From contig CM059431.1 in the NCBI GenBank assembly GCA_030390025.1, forward strand, positions 100,938,001 through 101,002,000: 64,000 nucleotides of DNA, in the 5' to 3' direction. The DNA comes from Squalus acanthias. Lineage: Eukaryota. The translations under genes were made by a program, and so were the position numbers. A model generated the notes under the pieces. That model ran no database searches, was not told the DNA's origin, and saw nothing but the letters and a program-made list of their open reading frames with translations. Positions 12,339-25,782 of the stretch are shown in pieces. Position 1 is the first letter of the stretch; every line of letters begins with the position of its first letter.

Positions 12339-12950
12339 GGGGGAAAAATTCGGTGTCGCCCCTTTTGGGGGCTAATTTTAGCGCCCCACCCCCGCCTGAA
12401 ATTCAGTTGTAGCGCCCCAAGCAGGAGGTGGAGCGCTACTGGAAGCCCTCCACCACCTTCTTGGGGCACTACAACTGAAGATCGCGGCGCAAGTGCAACA
12501 GCGCCACGCCCGTCGTCACGTAGCGCCGTGTCTATGCAGGCCTCCTCCCCTGATTAAAGGGAAGGGGCCTAGCGCTGCGCGCACCAGGGCCCTGCGAGAA
12601 AAAAGGGGAAGGGGGCAGCTGCTGGCAGTCGGCCCCAAAAAAATGGCCGCCCGACACCTGCCCCTTTTACTACCGCCGCCGCGTCTGCACCCTGTCGGAC
12701 CTATTATCCGCCGATAGGTCAGGGGGCGCAACCAATGTTTGTGGCCGGGGCGCAAGCGGGTCGCTGTGCATGGCGATGATGTCATTGGCGGAGGCACAGC
12801 GCAGCGGGGCGCTACCGGCTACCGCCGCCGCTAACCTCCCGCTGAATTTCGTGGGAGCATTAGCGGCGCCCGGGCGCTAGGGGATTTGCGCCCTGTTAGC
12901 GCCCCCCGGGGACGCTAACGAGAGGCGGAAATCAACCCAATTTTTCCCCC
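12339..12950. mobile_element. PIF/Harbinger-type MITE, GC-rich
   Basis: TIRs GGGGGAAAAATTCGGT / ACCCAATTTTTCCCCC (15/16 match); TTA direct repeat on both sides. Confidence 0.85.
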
Positions 12951-13721
12951 TTAGTATCTTATATTGTTCCTCAATCAAAACCCTCTGGCTCACTATTAAC
13001 TCTTTGAAATTAAATCTTTCAAAATACAAGATTCCTTCATCTTCAACCAGCACAGATTAATATTACATTGCGGTGTTAGAAAAAATAAATTAGGAAGCTT
13101 TAAATAAGTTTATGTTTAAGCTTCCCCCGAGTGTTGCATAATGACATTGAAGCTTAACAGTTTTTCTTTAGCAAAATGAGGGTTTAATATTAATTGGTCT
13201 AAGATACATACATCACCAGTTAACATAGCAAGCCGTTAAATTTTTAAAGAAATATGTCAATCATTTTCACAACAATGAAATATTGGCACTCTTATAAAAA
13301 TCATACAGCACAGAAAGGGGCCATCAAAATTTAGAGAGAGGGGGCTTTCCACTAATAAAAATGATTGTGTGGCTTTAATTATAAATAGCAGAAAGGACAG
13401 CTGCTCTTTAATGTAAAATTTAAGCGATTTAATTCTGCAGTGGACAACAGTTAAAATGTCAATGTTATCCGAAGGAAAAAAAATTACAATTTTTTCTCCA
13501 GTGTCTTTTGGAATCATTTGGGGGAAAAAAAAAAAGTCAGGGATTTTCTCACAAGATAAACAGCGTTTCAGTTGCAGTGAGAAAGTCCGAATACTGCGTG
13601 GTGGGAAACTGCGAACACTTCACACGCTCAGACTGTGTCACCTCCCTGAAGCTAACTTAATCATATCTGTGGGTTAAAAATATCAACTTTAAGCCTAGAT
13701 TTTTGTGACTGGCTGAAGCCT

Positions 13722-14008
13722 TAGAATCATAGAATGATACAACACAGAAGGAGGCCATTCGGCCCATCGTGCCTGTGCCAGCTCTTTGAAAGAGCTCTCC
13801 AATTAGTCCCACTGCCCTGCCCTTTCCCCACAGCCCCGCAACTTTTTCCTTTTCAAGTATTTATCAAATTCCCTTTTGAAAGTTACTATTGAATCTGCTT
13901 CCACCGCCCTTTCAGGCAGCGCATTCCAGATCACAACAACTTACTGCATAAAAAATTTTTTCTCATCTCCCCCTGGTCCTTTTGCCAATTATCTTAAATC
14001 TGTGTCCT
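13722..14008 (-). mobile_element. CR1 3' tail
   Basis: TAGAATCATAGAATG...CAGAAGGAGGCCATTCGGCCC tail. Confidence 0.85.
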
Positions 14009-14982
14009 GTAAATAAAAGTATTTTGAGAAGTAATGTAATAGTTACAGTTTCAGGCAGAAGATCTTTCAGTCCATCTAGCCCACCTAACCACAGCTCCCT
14101 TGCTGCAATTCTAAAAACCCTGAATCCCATTTAATTCTTTCTTGAAACCCATTAAGATTTCTTGTTCCACCACCTGTACCAGCAGTCTGTTCTATATACT
14201 AACCCCCTTATAGCTCAGTGCGTAGCAATTTCGGTTTAATGTCACATCCAACAGAATGTTTCTCTGACAGTGCAGCGGAGCTCAGTACTGTACTGCAGTG
14301 TTAGCTTGGATTTTGTGCTCAAGTCCCTGGAGTGGGACTTGAACCCACAACTTTCTGACTCAGAGGTGAAAGTGCTACCCACTGAGCCATGGCTGTGGCA
14401 TGGGATAGGTGTAATACAAGCCCACAAGAAGGGGCTTCTTATCTCCTGGTATTTTTCCGATTCACTGTACAGCCCATAAATTAAACCACTCTGAGTAGCA
14501 TCTTCTTGATTCCAGGAATGATGTCTGTGTGAAATTCTGAGTGGTAGGGGTTCCTTGCCATGTGGTAGCAGCTCAAGGGTGCGTGGGCCCTAGTCCAGTG
14601 AGGTGGTTCGCCTGCATTGCTCCGGTGGGCTTGAGAGTGGGACCAGACCAGAATGTGAGCTTGAGCGTACCCTTGTGGTTACAGTTCCATGAGCACTCAT
14701 CTCCCCAGTGCCATGCCCTCCATTTTTGAGTAGTTGAACGTGTAGTTCTGTCTGGCAACACCTCGATTTTAAAATTCTCAATCCTTGTGTTCAAATCCCT
14801 CCCTATCTCTGTAACCTCCGCCAGCCCTACAACCCTCTGAGATCTCTGTGCTCTTCCAATTCTGGCCTCTTGCGCATCCCTGATTTCCTTCACTCCACCA
14901 TTGGCGGCCGTGCTTTCAGCTGCCTGGGCCCTAAACTTTGGAACTCCCTCCTTAAACCTCTCCGCCTCTCTACCTCTCGCTT

Positions 14983-17900
14983 ATATTGAGTTTGAAAGTG
15001 ACTTAGTTAAATCCAAAACTAGGGTCTTAAATCTAAACGAAGCAAACTACATAGGTATGAGGCGCGAGTTGGTGAAGGTAGATTGGGAAACTACATTAAA
15101 AGGTATTCCAGTAGACAAGCAATGGCTAGCATTTAAAGAATTAATACATAATTTACAACAAATATACATTCCTTTAAGGCACAAAATACACACAGGAAAA
15201 GTGGTCCAACCGTGGGTAACAAGAGAAGTTAAAGATAGTATTAGATCAAAGGAAGAGGCTTATAATGCTGCCAAAAAGAGCAGTAAGCCTGAGGATTGGG
15301 AGGATTTTAGAATTCAACAAAGGAGGACCAAGAAATTGATAAAGACAGGGAAAATAGAATATGAGAGTAAACTAGCGAGAGACATAAAAACAGACTGTAA
15401 AAGCTTCTATAGGTATGTAAAAAGGAAAAGATTAGTGAAAGTAAATGTGGGTCCCTTACAGGCTGAGACAGGAGAAATTATAATGGGGAATAAGGAAATG
15501 GCAGAGAAATTAAACAAATACTTTGTGTCTGTCTTCACGGAAGAAGACGCAAAAAAACTTCCTGGAAATAGTGGACAACCAAGGGTCTAGCGAGAATGAG
15601 GAACTGAAAGATAATGGCCCAGAAATTGATCTCGCTCTGTTCCCGCGGGGGTAAGGCTTTCCCGCGATCTCTCACCTCGCTTGTGCTTTTTCAGATCCAG
15701 CTCGCACGAACTTGATGTTCTAGAGATCAGCTGGGCAGTGCTTGCGTATCCCAGCGGCGTAGTGAATTCGTGCGAGCTGTGGGATCACGTGACTCAGTTA
15801 GAGTCAATGGCAGCACACCATCTTCCATTCATAAGTTTCACAGCACGGCTGTGAAATCTATGAATCTTACACCCCCCCAAAATAACAGCTAAACCTCAAT
15901 TAAATTAAAAAAAAAACCATCACATTCATAAAATAAGTATAGTTAATTAAATTAACCATTTTAAAGAAAAAATTAAATTTTTGAAAAAATTTAAAATCTT
16001 TTAAAAAGTTATAAAAATAAACTTACCTGTCTTTAAAGTCTCTAAAAAAGATATACCTGTTAAAAAAAATTCAAAAAAATACTTAATTCACTACTTACCT
16101 TCTTAAAAGTGGGTCTTACTCCTCCTTTTTACATTTCTAAAATCTTCAGTACTTACCTGCGCGTCCAAAGCATGAAGTGCACAGCGTGCGCGCAGCCTGT
16201 AGCGCGCACGCGATGCACCGAGGAACCGCCCCCTTTTCAAAAGAGCAATTGCCGGTTTTCAGCGCATGCGCAGGGCATGCAGAAAACCGGCAATTGGAGT
16301 GGGAATACGCGAGAGTACGCAGTGCGTACTCTCGCGTCGCGGGATCAATTTCTGGGCCATTAGTATTAGTAAAAAAGTAGTACTGGAGAAATTAATGGAA
16401 CTGAAAGCCAATAAATCCCCTGGACCTGATGGCCTACATCCTAGGGTCTTGAAAGAGTTGGCTGTAGAGATAGTGGATGCATTGGTTGTCATTTTCCAAA
16501 ATTCCATAGATTCTAGAACGTTTCCCGCGGATTGGAAGGTAGCAAATGTAACCCCACTATTTAAGAAAGGAGGGAGAGAGAAAACGGGGAACTACAGACC
16601 AGTTAGCCTGATATCAGTAGTAGGGAAAATGCTAGAATATATTATTAAGGACATGGTAACAGGGCACTTAGAAAATAATAATAGGATTGGGCAGAGTCAA
16701 TACGGATTTATGAAAGGGAAATTGTGTTTGATAAATCTGTTATAGAGTTTTTTGAGGTTGTAACTAGCAGAAAAGATAAGGGGGAACCAGTGGACATGGT
16801 GTATTTGGATTTTCAGAAGGCATTCGATAAGGTGTCACACAAGAGGTTATTAAACAAAATTAGGGCTCACTGGATTGGGGGTAATATACTCGCATGGATT
16901 GAGGATTGGATAACGGACAGAAACAGAGAGTAGGAATAAACGGGTCATTTTCGGGTTGGCAGGCTGTAACTAGTGGGGTATTGCAAGGATCAGTGCTTGG
17001 GCCTCAGCTACTCACAATCTACATCAATGATTTGGATGAGGGGACCAAATGTAATATATCCAAGTTTGCTGATGATACAAAGCGAATGCAAGTTGTGAGG
17101 AGGATGCAAGGAGGCTTCAAGGGGATATAGACAGGCTAAGTGAGTGGGCAAGAACATGGCAAATGGAATATAATGTGGAGAAATGTGAAGTTATCCACTT
17201 TGGTAGGAAAAACAGAAAAGCAGAGTATTTTTTAAATGGTGAGAGATTGGGAAATGTTGGTGTTCAAAGGGACCTGGGTGTCCTTGTACACGAATCACTG
17301 AAAGTTAACATGCAGGTACAGCAAGCAATTAGGAAAGCAAATGGTATGTTGGCCTTTATTACAAGAGGATTTGAGAATAAGAGTAAAGACGTCTTACTGC
17401 AATTTATAGGGTCCTGGTGAGACCACACCTGGAGTAATATGTACAGTTTTGGTCTCCTTACCTAAGGAAGGATATACTTGCCATAGAGGGAGTGCAACGA
17501 AGGTTCACCAGACTGGTTCCTGGGATGGGGGGATTGTCCGATGAGGACAGATTGAGTAGACTCGGCCTATATTCTCTGGAGTTTAGAAGAATGAGAGGTG
17601 ATCACATTGAAACATACAAAATTCTTACAGGGCTTGACAGGGTAGATGCAGGGAGGATGTTTCCCCTGGCTGGGGAGTCTAGAACCAAGGGTCACAGTCT
17701 CAGAGTAAAGGGTCGGCCATTTAGGACTGAGATGAGGAGAAATTTCTTCACTCAGAGGGTGGTGAATCTTTGGATTTCTTTACCCCAGAGGGCTGTGGAG
17801 GCTCAGTCGCTGAGTATATTCAAGACAGAGATCGATAGATTTTTGAATATTAAGGGAATCAAGGGATATGGGGATAGTTCAGGAAAGTAGGGTTGAGGTA

Positions 17901-17985
17901 GAAGATCAGCCATGATCTTATTGAATGGCGGAGCAGGCGCGAAGGGCCAAATGGCCTACTGCTGCTCCTATTTCTTATGTTCTTC
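14983..17985 (+). mobile_element. CR1 LINE, 5'-truncated, frameshifted ORF2 (RT), with MITE insertion
   Basis: [51 protein letters not shown]; ends CCTATTTCTTATGTTCTT. Confidence 0.95.
15616..16358. mobile_element. Non-autonomous DNA transposon (PIF/Harbinger-related MITE) nested in CR1
   Basis: Perfect TIR GGCCCAGAAATTGATC / GATCAATTTCTGGGCC, flanks AAT/ATT; the CR1 resumes afterwards; same family as 31711-32472 in opposite orientation. Confidence 0.85.
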
Positions 17986-18329
17986 CTTTCAGATGCTCCT
18001 TAAAACCTGACCTCTCCCAATATCTCCTTATGTGGCTCGGTGTCAAATTTTGTTTGATAACGCTCCAACGAAACGCCTTGGGACATTTTACAACGTTTAA
18101 GGTGCTATATAAATGCAAGTTGTTGTTCTTCTTGTTGATGATCAGTGCAAAGAGAAATGGGATTGAAGATAACCTAGTCTGGTCCCTCAATGGAATGGGA
18201 ATGCAGGTGAGGTGTAGCCATTAGCCTTTTATAGAGAATGAGGGGTGGGAGCAGAAGATTTAGTTTTATCTTCTAGACATAATTTCAACGACCACTCGCT
18301 TAAGCAGGAGTAGGAATCTTCACTCAAAC

Positions 18330-18640
18330 CTCTGATGCGGGAGTCCAGAACAAGGGAGCATAATCTTAAAATTAGAGCCAGGTCGTTCAGGGGTGATGTC
18401 AGGGAGCACTTCTTCACACAAAGGGTAGTGGAATTCTGGAACTCTCTCCCCCCAAAAAGCTGTTGAAGCTGGGGGTCAATTGAAAATTTCAGAACTGAGA
18501 TTGATAGATTTTTGTTAGGTAAGGGTATTAAGGGTTACGGAACCAAGGCGGGTAGATGGAGTTAAGAAAGAGATCCACCATGATCCAACTGAAGGGTGGA
18601 GCAGGCTTGAGGGGCTGAACGGCCTCCTCCTGTTCCTAAA
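18330..18640 (+). mobile_element. CR1 3' fragment
   Basis: CR1 C-terminal and tail sequence like 9108-9400. Confidence 0.8.
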
Positions 18641-19149
18641 CAGATGAAAGGTCTTTTCTGCATCCAGGGATAGCAGCAGGGTGGGTATGTTTGTGTAGTT
18701 GCAGTGATGCAGAATATTTAACAATAAGAGACATCCTCTGATGAATTTAGTTTGGTCTTAGTGTACTTGTCCAGAGACTGTACAAAGAAGAATGATATCA
18801 TGAATATTTCTTGAAACAATTAAAATTAAAGGAAAAGTTAGGCGAGGGTAAGTGTCTGTCTTGAAACAGCTGTAGGTATGGGGGAGGCTCTCAATTGTTA
18901 AGTCCTGTAAATCATTAACCCTCCTTGCTAAGATAAGTTATTACACTACGATAGGCTCCCTACTTACGCTTATTTATATATTTTGCTTTTCCCGCCAATA
19001 TTCACGTTCCTCCTTCTGCTCTCCTCAAAATGTTGGCTCCATTCTCTGGTACAGTTCCAAGTGTCTCAGCTGCCCATTGGCATCTCACCCAAGTTGCCAT
19101 TATTCATGACATTATTGAGGGCAAGTCTGAATTAGTCCTCACTAAAGGA

Positions 19150-19440
19150 AAGCAAAGGTTTTGCATTTATATAGCGCCTTTCACAACCACAGGACGTCCC
19201 AGAGCGCTTTACAGCCATTGAAGAACTTTTGAAGTGTGCTCACTGTTGTAGGAAAAGCGGCAGCCATCTTGCACACAGTAAGGTCCCACAAACAGCAATG
19301 AGATACATAACCAGATAATCTGTCTTTTAGTGATGGTGGTTGAAGGATAAATATTGGCCAGGATACTGGGAAGAACTCCCTTGGCTCTTCTTCGACTAGT
19401 GCCATGGGATATTTTATGTCCACCTGAGAGGGCAGAGGGG
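19150..19440 (-). mobile_element. Deu-SINE 3' part
   Basis: Homology to other copies. Confidence 0.8.
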
Positions 19441-19479
19441 TATACGTACAAATCAGGAGCATAATAACACTGGACCCAG

Positions 19480-20372
19480 TGAGTCCCTTCCATGACATCC
19501 AGCGTGATCCCACCACCAAACACATCTCCTCCCCTTTCAGCATTCCCAAGGGACCGCACCCTCCGCGACACCCTGGTCCGCTCCTCAATCACCCCCAACA
19601 CCGCCTCCCCTTTCCACGGCACCTTCCCGTGCAAGCGCAGGAGATGCAACACCTGCCATTTGTCCAGGGCTCCAAACACTCCTTCCAGGTGAAACAGCAA
19701 TTTACTTGTACTTTTTGCAATTTAATATACTGTATTTGCTGTTCACGATATAGTCTCCTCTACACTGGGGAGACCAAACGCAGATTGGGTGACCGCTTTG
19801 CGGAACACCTCCACTGAGTCCGTAAGCGTGACCCCGAGCTTCCGGTCGCCTGTCACTTTAATTCTCCGCTCCACTCCCACTCTGACCTCGGCCTCTTACA
19901 CTGTTCCAATGAAGTTCAACGTAAGCTCGAGGAACAGCACCTCATCTTTCGAATGGGCACTTCATAGCCTTCTGGACTCAACATCGAATTCAACAATTTC
20001 AGACCATAACCTCTGCCCCTATTTTTTCACATGGCAGCTGTTGATGATTCTGCCATTCTTATTTACACCTCATCTCTAAACTTATCCTGTGTTTCTTTCC
20101 TTGTCCCATCACCATCTCCTTTTGCCTTGCATCATCTTACCTTTTGTCATTTCATCTCTCCTGCCTTCCACCGTGTCACAGACCTTCCCTTTTGTTCTTT
20201 CCTCCCCTCCCCCCTTTCCCTGCCCCGCACTTGCTTAAAATCTGTTACATCTCTAAATTTTTCCAATTCTGACGATTGATCATCGACCTGAAATGTTAAC
20301 TCTGTTTTTCTCTCTCCACAGATTCTGCCTGACCTGCTGAGTGTTTCCAGCATTTTCTGTTTTTATTTCAGA
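19480..20372 (+). mobile_element. Penelope-like element (family A), degraded GIY-YIG endonuclease plus 3' repeat
   Basis: CKRRRCNTC and LIYCICCSRYSLLYTGETKRRLGDRFAEHL; decayed hammerhead around 20269-20300. Confidence 0.85.
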
Positions 20373-20649
20373 GTCCCAAATCCCATCTGGGTTAAGTTCA
20401 GATGACTCAGCACCGTACCAGCGATTGAGCCAAGGACTCTCCATCATCAGTATGGCTTAGCCACTCACAGGATAAACATGCTAAGTCATTGGAGGTGTTC
20501 CCAGGCTGCATACTCACGAAAGAGTTTGACTTACCACAAATCTTTATAAAATGTAACTCCCCCCACCCGTCCCCCACTGCACGGATTGGAGAGTGGAAGG
20601 CTAAAATGACAGCTATAAAGCAATACCGTAGGACATTTCGATAGCTTGT

Positions 20650-21100
20650 GTCAGCTGTGGCTGTAGCACCCTCGCCTCTGAGTCAGAAGGTTGTGGGTTC
20701 GAGTCCCACTCCAGAGACTTGAGCGTAAATTCTAGGTTGACACTCCCAGTGCAGTACTGGGGGAGTGCTGCACTGTCAGAGGTGCCGTCTTTTGGATGAG
20801 AAGTTAAACTGAGGCCCCGTCTGCTCTCTCAGGTTGCCGTAAAAGATCCCATGGCACTATTTTTAAGAAGAGCAGGGGAGTTATCCCCGGTGTCCTGGCC
20901 AATATTTATCCCTCAATTAATAATTAAAAACAGATTATCTGGTCATTTATCTTATTGCTGCTTGTGGGAGCTTGCTGTGCGCAAATTGGCTGCTGGATTT
21001 CCTACATTACAACAGTGACTACACTTCAAAAAGTACTTCATTGGCTTTGGTGATGTCCTGAGGATGTGAAAGGCGCTATATAAATGCAAGTCTTTCTTGT
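20650..21100 (+). mobile_element. Deu-SINE, near full length
   Basis: tRNA-like head with B box GGGTTCGAGTCCC, Deu core, L2-like tail with TCTT repeats. Confidence 0.9.
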
Positions 21101-21229
21101 TCCATCTCCTCTTTGAGATGGAAAAACTGAAATGACCATTTGCACCCTCAAGAAATGGGCCACCAGGGATTGGGAGTGCTGGCAAACGAGCTCGGCACTC
21201 AAGAGGAGTGCCGGGCTCACGGAGAGCAG

Positions 21230-21629
21230 CCAGAACCCCGCGGGGGGGGGGCTTCACGGGGGCCGGGGACAGCAACGGGGGCAGGTACTGGCAGGCGGCC
21301 AGCAACAAAAATGGCTGCCCGCCACCTCTCCTTTAACTAGCGCCGCCCCGGCCGCAGGTAGGCCCCCCTGACCCCGGCGGACAAAGTGTCTGGCGGTAAG
21401 TCGGGGGGCGCCACCCAATATTACAGCCAGGGCGCGCGTGGGGCGCTGCGCATGGCGATGACGTGGGTGCAGCGCCGCGCGGCGCTAACGGTTAGCACCG
21501 GCGCTAACCTCCCGCTGCATTTCGCGGGAGGCGTTAGTGGCGCCGCGCCCAGGCGCTAGTTGATTTGCGCCCTGTTAGCGCCCTCTTAGGGCGCTAACGG
21601 GAGGCGCAAATCAACCGAATTTAGATCCC
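21230..21629. mobile_element. Partial GC-rich Harbinger-type MITE related to 12339-12950
   Basis: Shares GCTAACCTCCCGCTG...GATTTGCGCCCTGTTAGCGCCC...AAATCAACC; no left TIR found. Confidence 0.7.
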
Positions 21630-21832
21630 ATAGTCTCCTTTAATTGTCCTCAATTCCTGTCAGGATGTGTTCAATCAACAGCACCTTGCATTTATATAGC
21701 GGGTTAACGTAGTAAAGCATCCCAAGGCACTTCACAGGAGCGTTGTCAAACAAAATTTGACACTGAGTCACATAAGAAAATATTAGAAAAATCAGGGGTG
21801 TGCAAGAGGCCAGAATTGGAGGAGCGCAGAGA

Positions 21833-23143
21833 CATATCGCTCACTCTGTCACAAATGACATCCTTTGTGACTGTGACAAAGGTAAACTATCCCTCCTCGT
21901 CCTTCTTGACTTGTCTGCAGCCTTTGACACGGTTGACCACTCCATCCTTCTCCAACGCCTCTCCACCGTCGTCCAGCTGGGTGGGACTGCACTCGCCTGG
22001 TTCCATTCTTATCTATCTAATCGTAGCCAGAGAATCACCTGCAATGGCTTCTCTTCCTGCTCCCGCAAAATTACCTCTGGTGTCCCCCAAGGATCTATCC
22101 TTGGCCCCCTCCTATTTCTCATCTACATGCTGCCACTTGGCGACATCATCCGAAAACACAGCGTCAGTTTCCACATGTACGCTGACGACACCCAGCTCTA
22201 CCTCACTACCACTTCTCTCGACCCCTCCACGGTCTCTAAATTGTCAGACTGCTTGTCCGACATACAGTTCTGGATGAGTAAAAATTTTCTCCAATTAAAT
22301 ATTGGGAAAACCGAAGCCATTATTTTCGGTCCCTGCCACAAACTCCGTTCCCTGGCCACTGACTCCATCCCTCTCCCTAACATCTGTCTAAGGCTGAACC
22401 ACACTGTTCGCAACCTTGGTGTCATATTTGACCCTGAAATGAGCTTCCGACCACATATCCGCAGCATAACAAAGACCGCCTACTTCCACCTCCGTAACAT
22501 CACCCGTCTCCGCCCTTGCCTCAGCTCATCCGCTGCTGAAACCCTCATCCATGCCTTTGTTACTTCTAGACTTGACTATTCCAATGCACTCCTGGCTGGC
22601 CTCCCACATTCCACCCTACGTAAACTTGAGGTCATCCAAAACTCTGCTGCCCGTGTCCTAACTCGCACCAAGTCCCGTTCGCCCATCACCCCTGTGCTCG
22701 CTGACCTACATTGGCTCCCGGTTAAGCAGCGCCTCGATTTCAAAATTCTCATCCTTGTTTTCAAATCCCTCCGTGGCCTCGCCCCTTCCTATCTCTGTAA
22801 TCTCCTTCAGCCCCACAACCCCCCGAAATATCTGCGCTCCTCTAATTCTGGCCTCTTGAGGGTCCCTGATTATAATCGCTCAACCTTTGGTGGCCGTGCC
22901 TTCTGTTACCTAGGCCCTAAGCTCTGGAATTCCCTGCCTAAACCTCTCCACCTCGCTACCTCTCTTTCCTCCTTTAAGATGCTCCTTAAAACCTATCTCT
23001 TTGACCAAGCTTTTTGGTCACCTGCCCTAATTTATCCTTATGTGGCTCGGTGTCAAATTTTTTGTCTTAAAATACTCCTGTGCGGCGCCGTGGGACGTTT
23101 TACTACATTAAAGGCACTATATAAATACAAGTTGTTGTTGTTA
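21833..23143 (+). mobile_element. L2 LINE, 5'-truncated, RT region largely open (ORF 21800-23170)
   Basis: LDLSAAFDTVDH, GVPQGSILGPLLF, YADDTQLY, SRLDYSN, LHWLPV; (GTT)n tail. Confidence 0.95.
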
Positions 23144-24944
23144 CACAGAGCCAACATGCCTCTGTACTAGAGTTTAAGGATTGACTGGTTCTACATCTTC
23201 TATGGTTGTTTCCACAGGGCTCTGTTGTCAAGGAAATCTTGGAAAGTAGAGTACCTGGCCTGTCTGGTTGCTGTTGGTCCGCATCTTCCTTAGCCTATGT
23301 ACCAAACCATGACCTCCGCACCTCTGATTTTTTCCCCATCTCCTGTCCTCCACCTTGGGAGGCTAATTTAAATATTGACTCCAGCAAGAGCTAGGACTGA
23401 AGTGCCAAACTTGAAGTCCCTGTAGTGTGCAGCCTACAAGAAACTGTTTTAACAGCAGAACCAATGGAACAGAATTTAGTTCTCTTTGCTGCCATGATGG
23501 TAAGCAGTAGCAAACTCCCTGCTACCCTCAATGGACTTGGGTAACCTGTATAGACTGTCAGCAAAGTCAGAGCTATCATTCGTATCCTGGCTCCTAATAT
23601 TCATCCATTAGACTACGTTGGACTGGTCGTCTCCCAGGATATGTTTAAAATATGATACACCTTATTCTGGAGATTGGACCACAGCTTCAAAGGCAAAGGG
23701 AAATTTCGGAAATAGCACATTAGGAGTCAAAGGCTTTTTCATGGATAGCATTTTTTTTTGGCATCCTGGATGATGTTCCCCTTCTCTAGCCCAGCAGCAC
23801 TAAGGTTAGTTGTAGCACATTTACTATTACACTACCAGAGTTATGATGATCTGGAATTCACTGCCTGAAACTGTGAAACTGTGGTGGAAGCAGATTCAAC
23901 AGTAACTTTCAAAAGGGAATTGGATAACTACTTGAAAAGGGAATATTTGCAGGGCAGGTGTGAGTGGGACTAATTGGAGAGCTCTTTCAAAGAGCCGGCA
24001 CAGGCACGATGGGCCAAATGGCCTCCTTCTGCGCAGTATGGTTCTATACCCCAGCAAGAGTCAGTGCCTTCAAGAGAGAAGGACTGCAATAAGTCAGTGA
24101 TTGCGTATATATACATCTCGTATCAAAGCATAAAGCCACAAAGGGAGTTTAAGAAAAGTCTTACACTACAAGACAATTAGAAATTGTTTTTTGCCATTAA
24201 TTCATTAAGCAGTCTTTAAAAGTGGCACCTGAACAATAGCACTCATACAAAGAGCAGCAGGGTTAGTCACAGGATGGCACATTCCAAAGATTTAATCAGT
24301 GTTATGAATATACGTGTCGAGACACTGCATTCCAATGTTGTTAAATGTAAACCAGGTCAACAACAGTGTGAGACGGCAACACGATAGGGAAATAAGACTC
24401 TCGCATTTATGCTAACACTTGGTCCAATCTTTGAAGCTGGCAGACTAAATTTCAATTTAATTAAGGAAAAAAATTCAAAATTTAGGAAAAAAAAGGGACC
24501 GTTAACTTGCTAAAATTAACTAATGTAATAGACACGGATTGGAAACCGAATGAAATTATTTACTGCATTGTACGAGGGTATGCTGCATACTTAAGTGTTA
24601 CACGCACACACACACGTCTTGAAAGTTTTAGCAACAAGTGTTTATATATGTGCTTTATATAGTGCTTTATATATTCAAGACCACACACATGTTGGCATAC
24701 AGGTCTTAGTAGCTCTCCGCTAGATCTCCCACATGACCTTTCTGTGTCCATTATAGATTACAAGCTTTGGTAGGTTACTCAACTTTGGGTGGGTGAAGAG
24801 ATGACCTTAATTCTGTTCTGAATTGATTTGCATGGATGCATATTTTCCAGCAGGGATCACTAGGTTAGAGAGGTGAGGAATGGGAAGTCTAGCTGATTTT
24901 GCTCCTGCCAAGTCCAGAGTACTGAGGAAAACGATAGCATCCCA

Positions 24945-25640
24945 TCAACAACAACTTGTATTTATATAGCACCTTTTAATGTAGTAAAAATGTCCCAGGG
25001 TGCTTCACACGAGCTTCATCAGACAAAATTTGACACCATGCCTCATAAGGAGACATGAGGATAGGTGACCAAAAGCCTGGTCAAAGAGGTAGGTTTTGAT
25101 GAGCGTCTTTACGGAGGGAAGAGAGGTAGAGAGGTGGCGAGGTTTAAGGAGGGAATTCCAGAGCTTGCAGCCTAGACGGCTGAAGGCACGGCCGCCAATG
25201 GTGGGGTGAAGGAAATCGGGAATGCGCAAGAGCCCAGAATTGGAGGAGTGCAGAGATCTCGGAGTGTTGTAGGGCTGGAGGAGGTTACAGCGATATGGGG
25301 GGGGGGGCGAGGCCACGGAGGGATTTGAAAACAAGGACGAGACCATCAATTTTAGGATAAAGGGTCGCCCTTTTAGAACTGAGATGAGGAGGAATTTCTT
25401 CTCTTAGAGGGTCGTAAATCTGTGGAATTCTCTACCCCAGAGAGCTGTGGAGGCTGGGTCATTAAATACATTTAAGGTGGAGATAGACAGTTTTTGCAAG
25501 ATAAGGGAGTGAAGGGTTATGGGGAGTGGGTGGGGAAGTGGCTTTGAGCCCAAGATCAGCCATGATCTTATTGAATGGCGGAGCAGGCTCGAGGAGCCAA
25601 GTGGCCTATTCCTGCTCCTATTTCTTATGTTCTTATGAAT
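24945..25640. mobile_element. L2 3' fragment (-, 24945-25340) abutting a CR1 tail (+, 25350-25640)
   Basis: Homology to other copies. Confidence 0.8.
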
Positions 25641-25782
25641 GTGCAGAAACCATGGAGCTAGTCAGTATAGGGAAAATGACCTACATCGGCTCACGATCCG
25701 ACAATACCTTGATTTTAAAATGCTCATCCTTGTTTTCAAATCCCTCCATGGCCTCAACCCTCCCTATCTCTGTAACCTTCTA

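Noticed and set aside
12339..12950. CpG island or host promoter
   Set aside because: Bounded by TIRs and a TTA TSD, with a related copy at ~21230-21629, so it is a MITE
21800..23170. 456-aa ORF as a functional RT gene
   Set aside because: The N-terminus comes from an unrelated antisense L2 fragment, it lacks the endonuclease and the RT start, and the C-terminus is frameshifted into the tail
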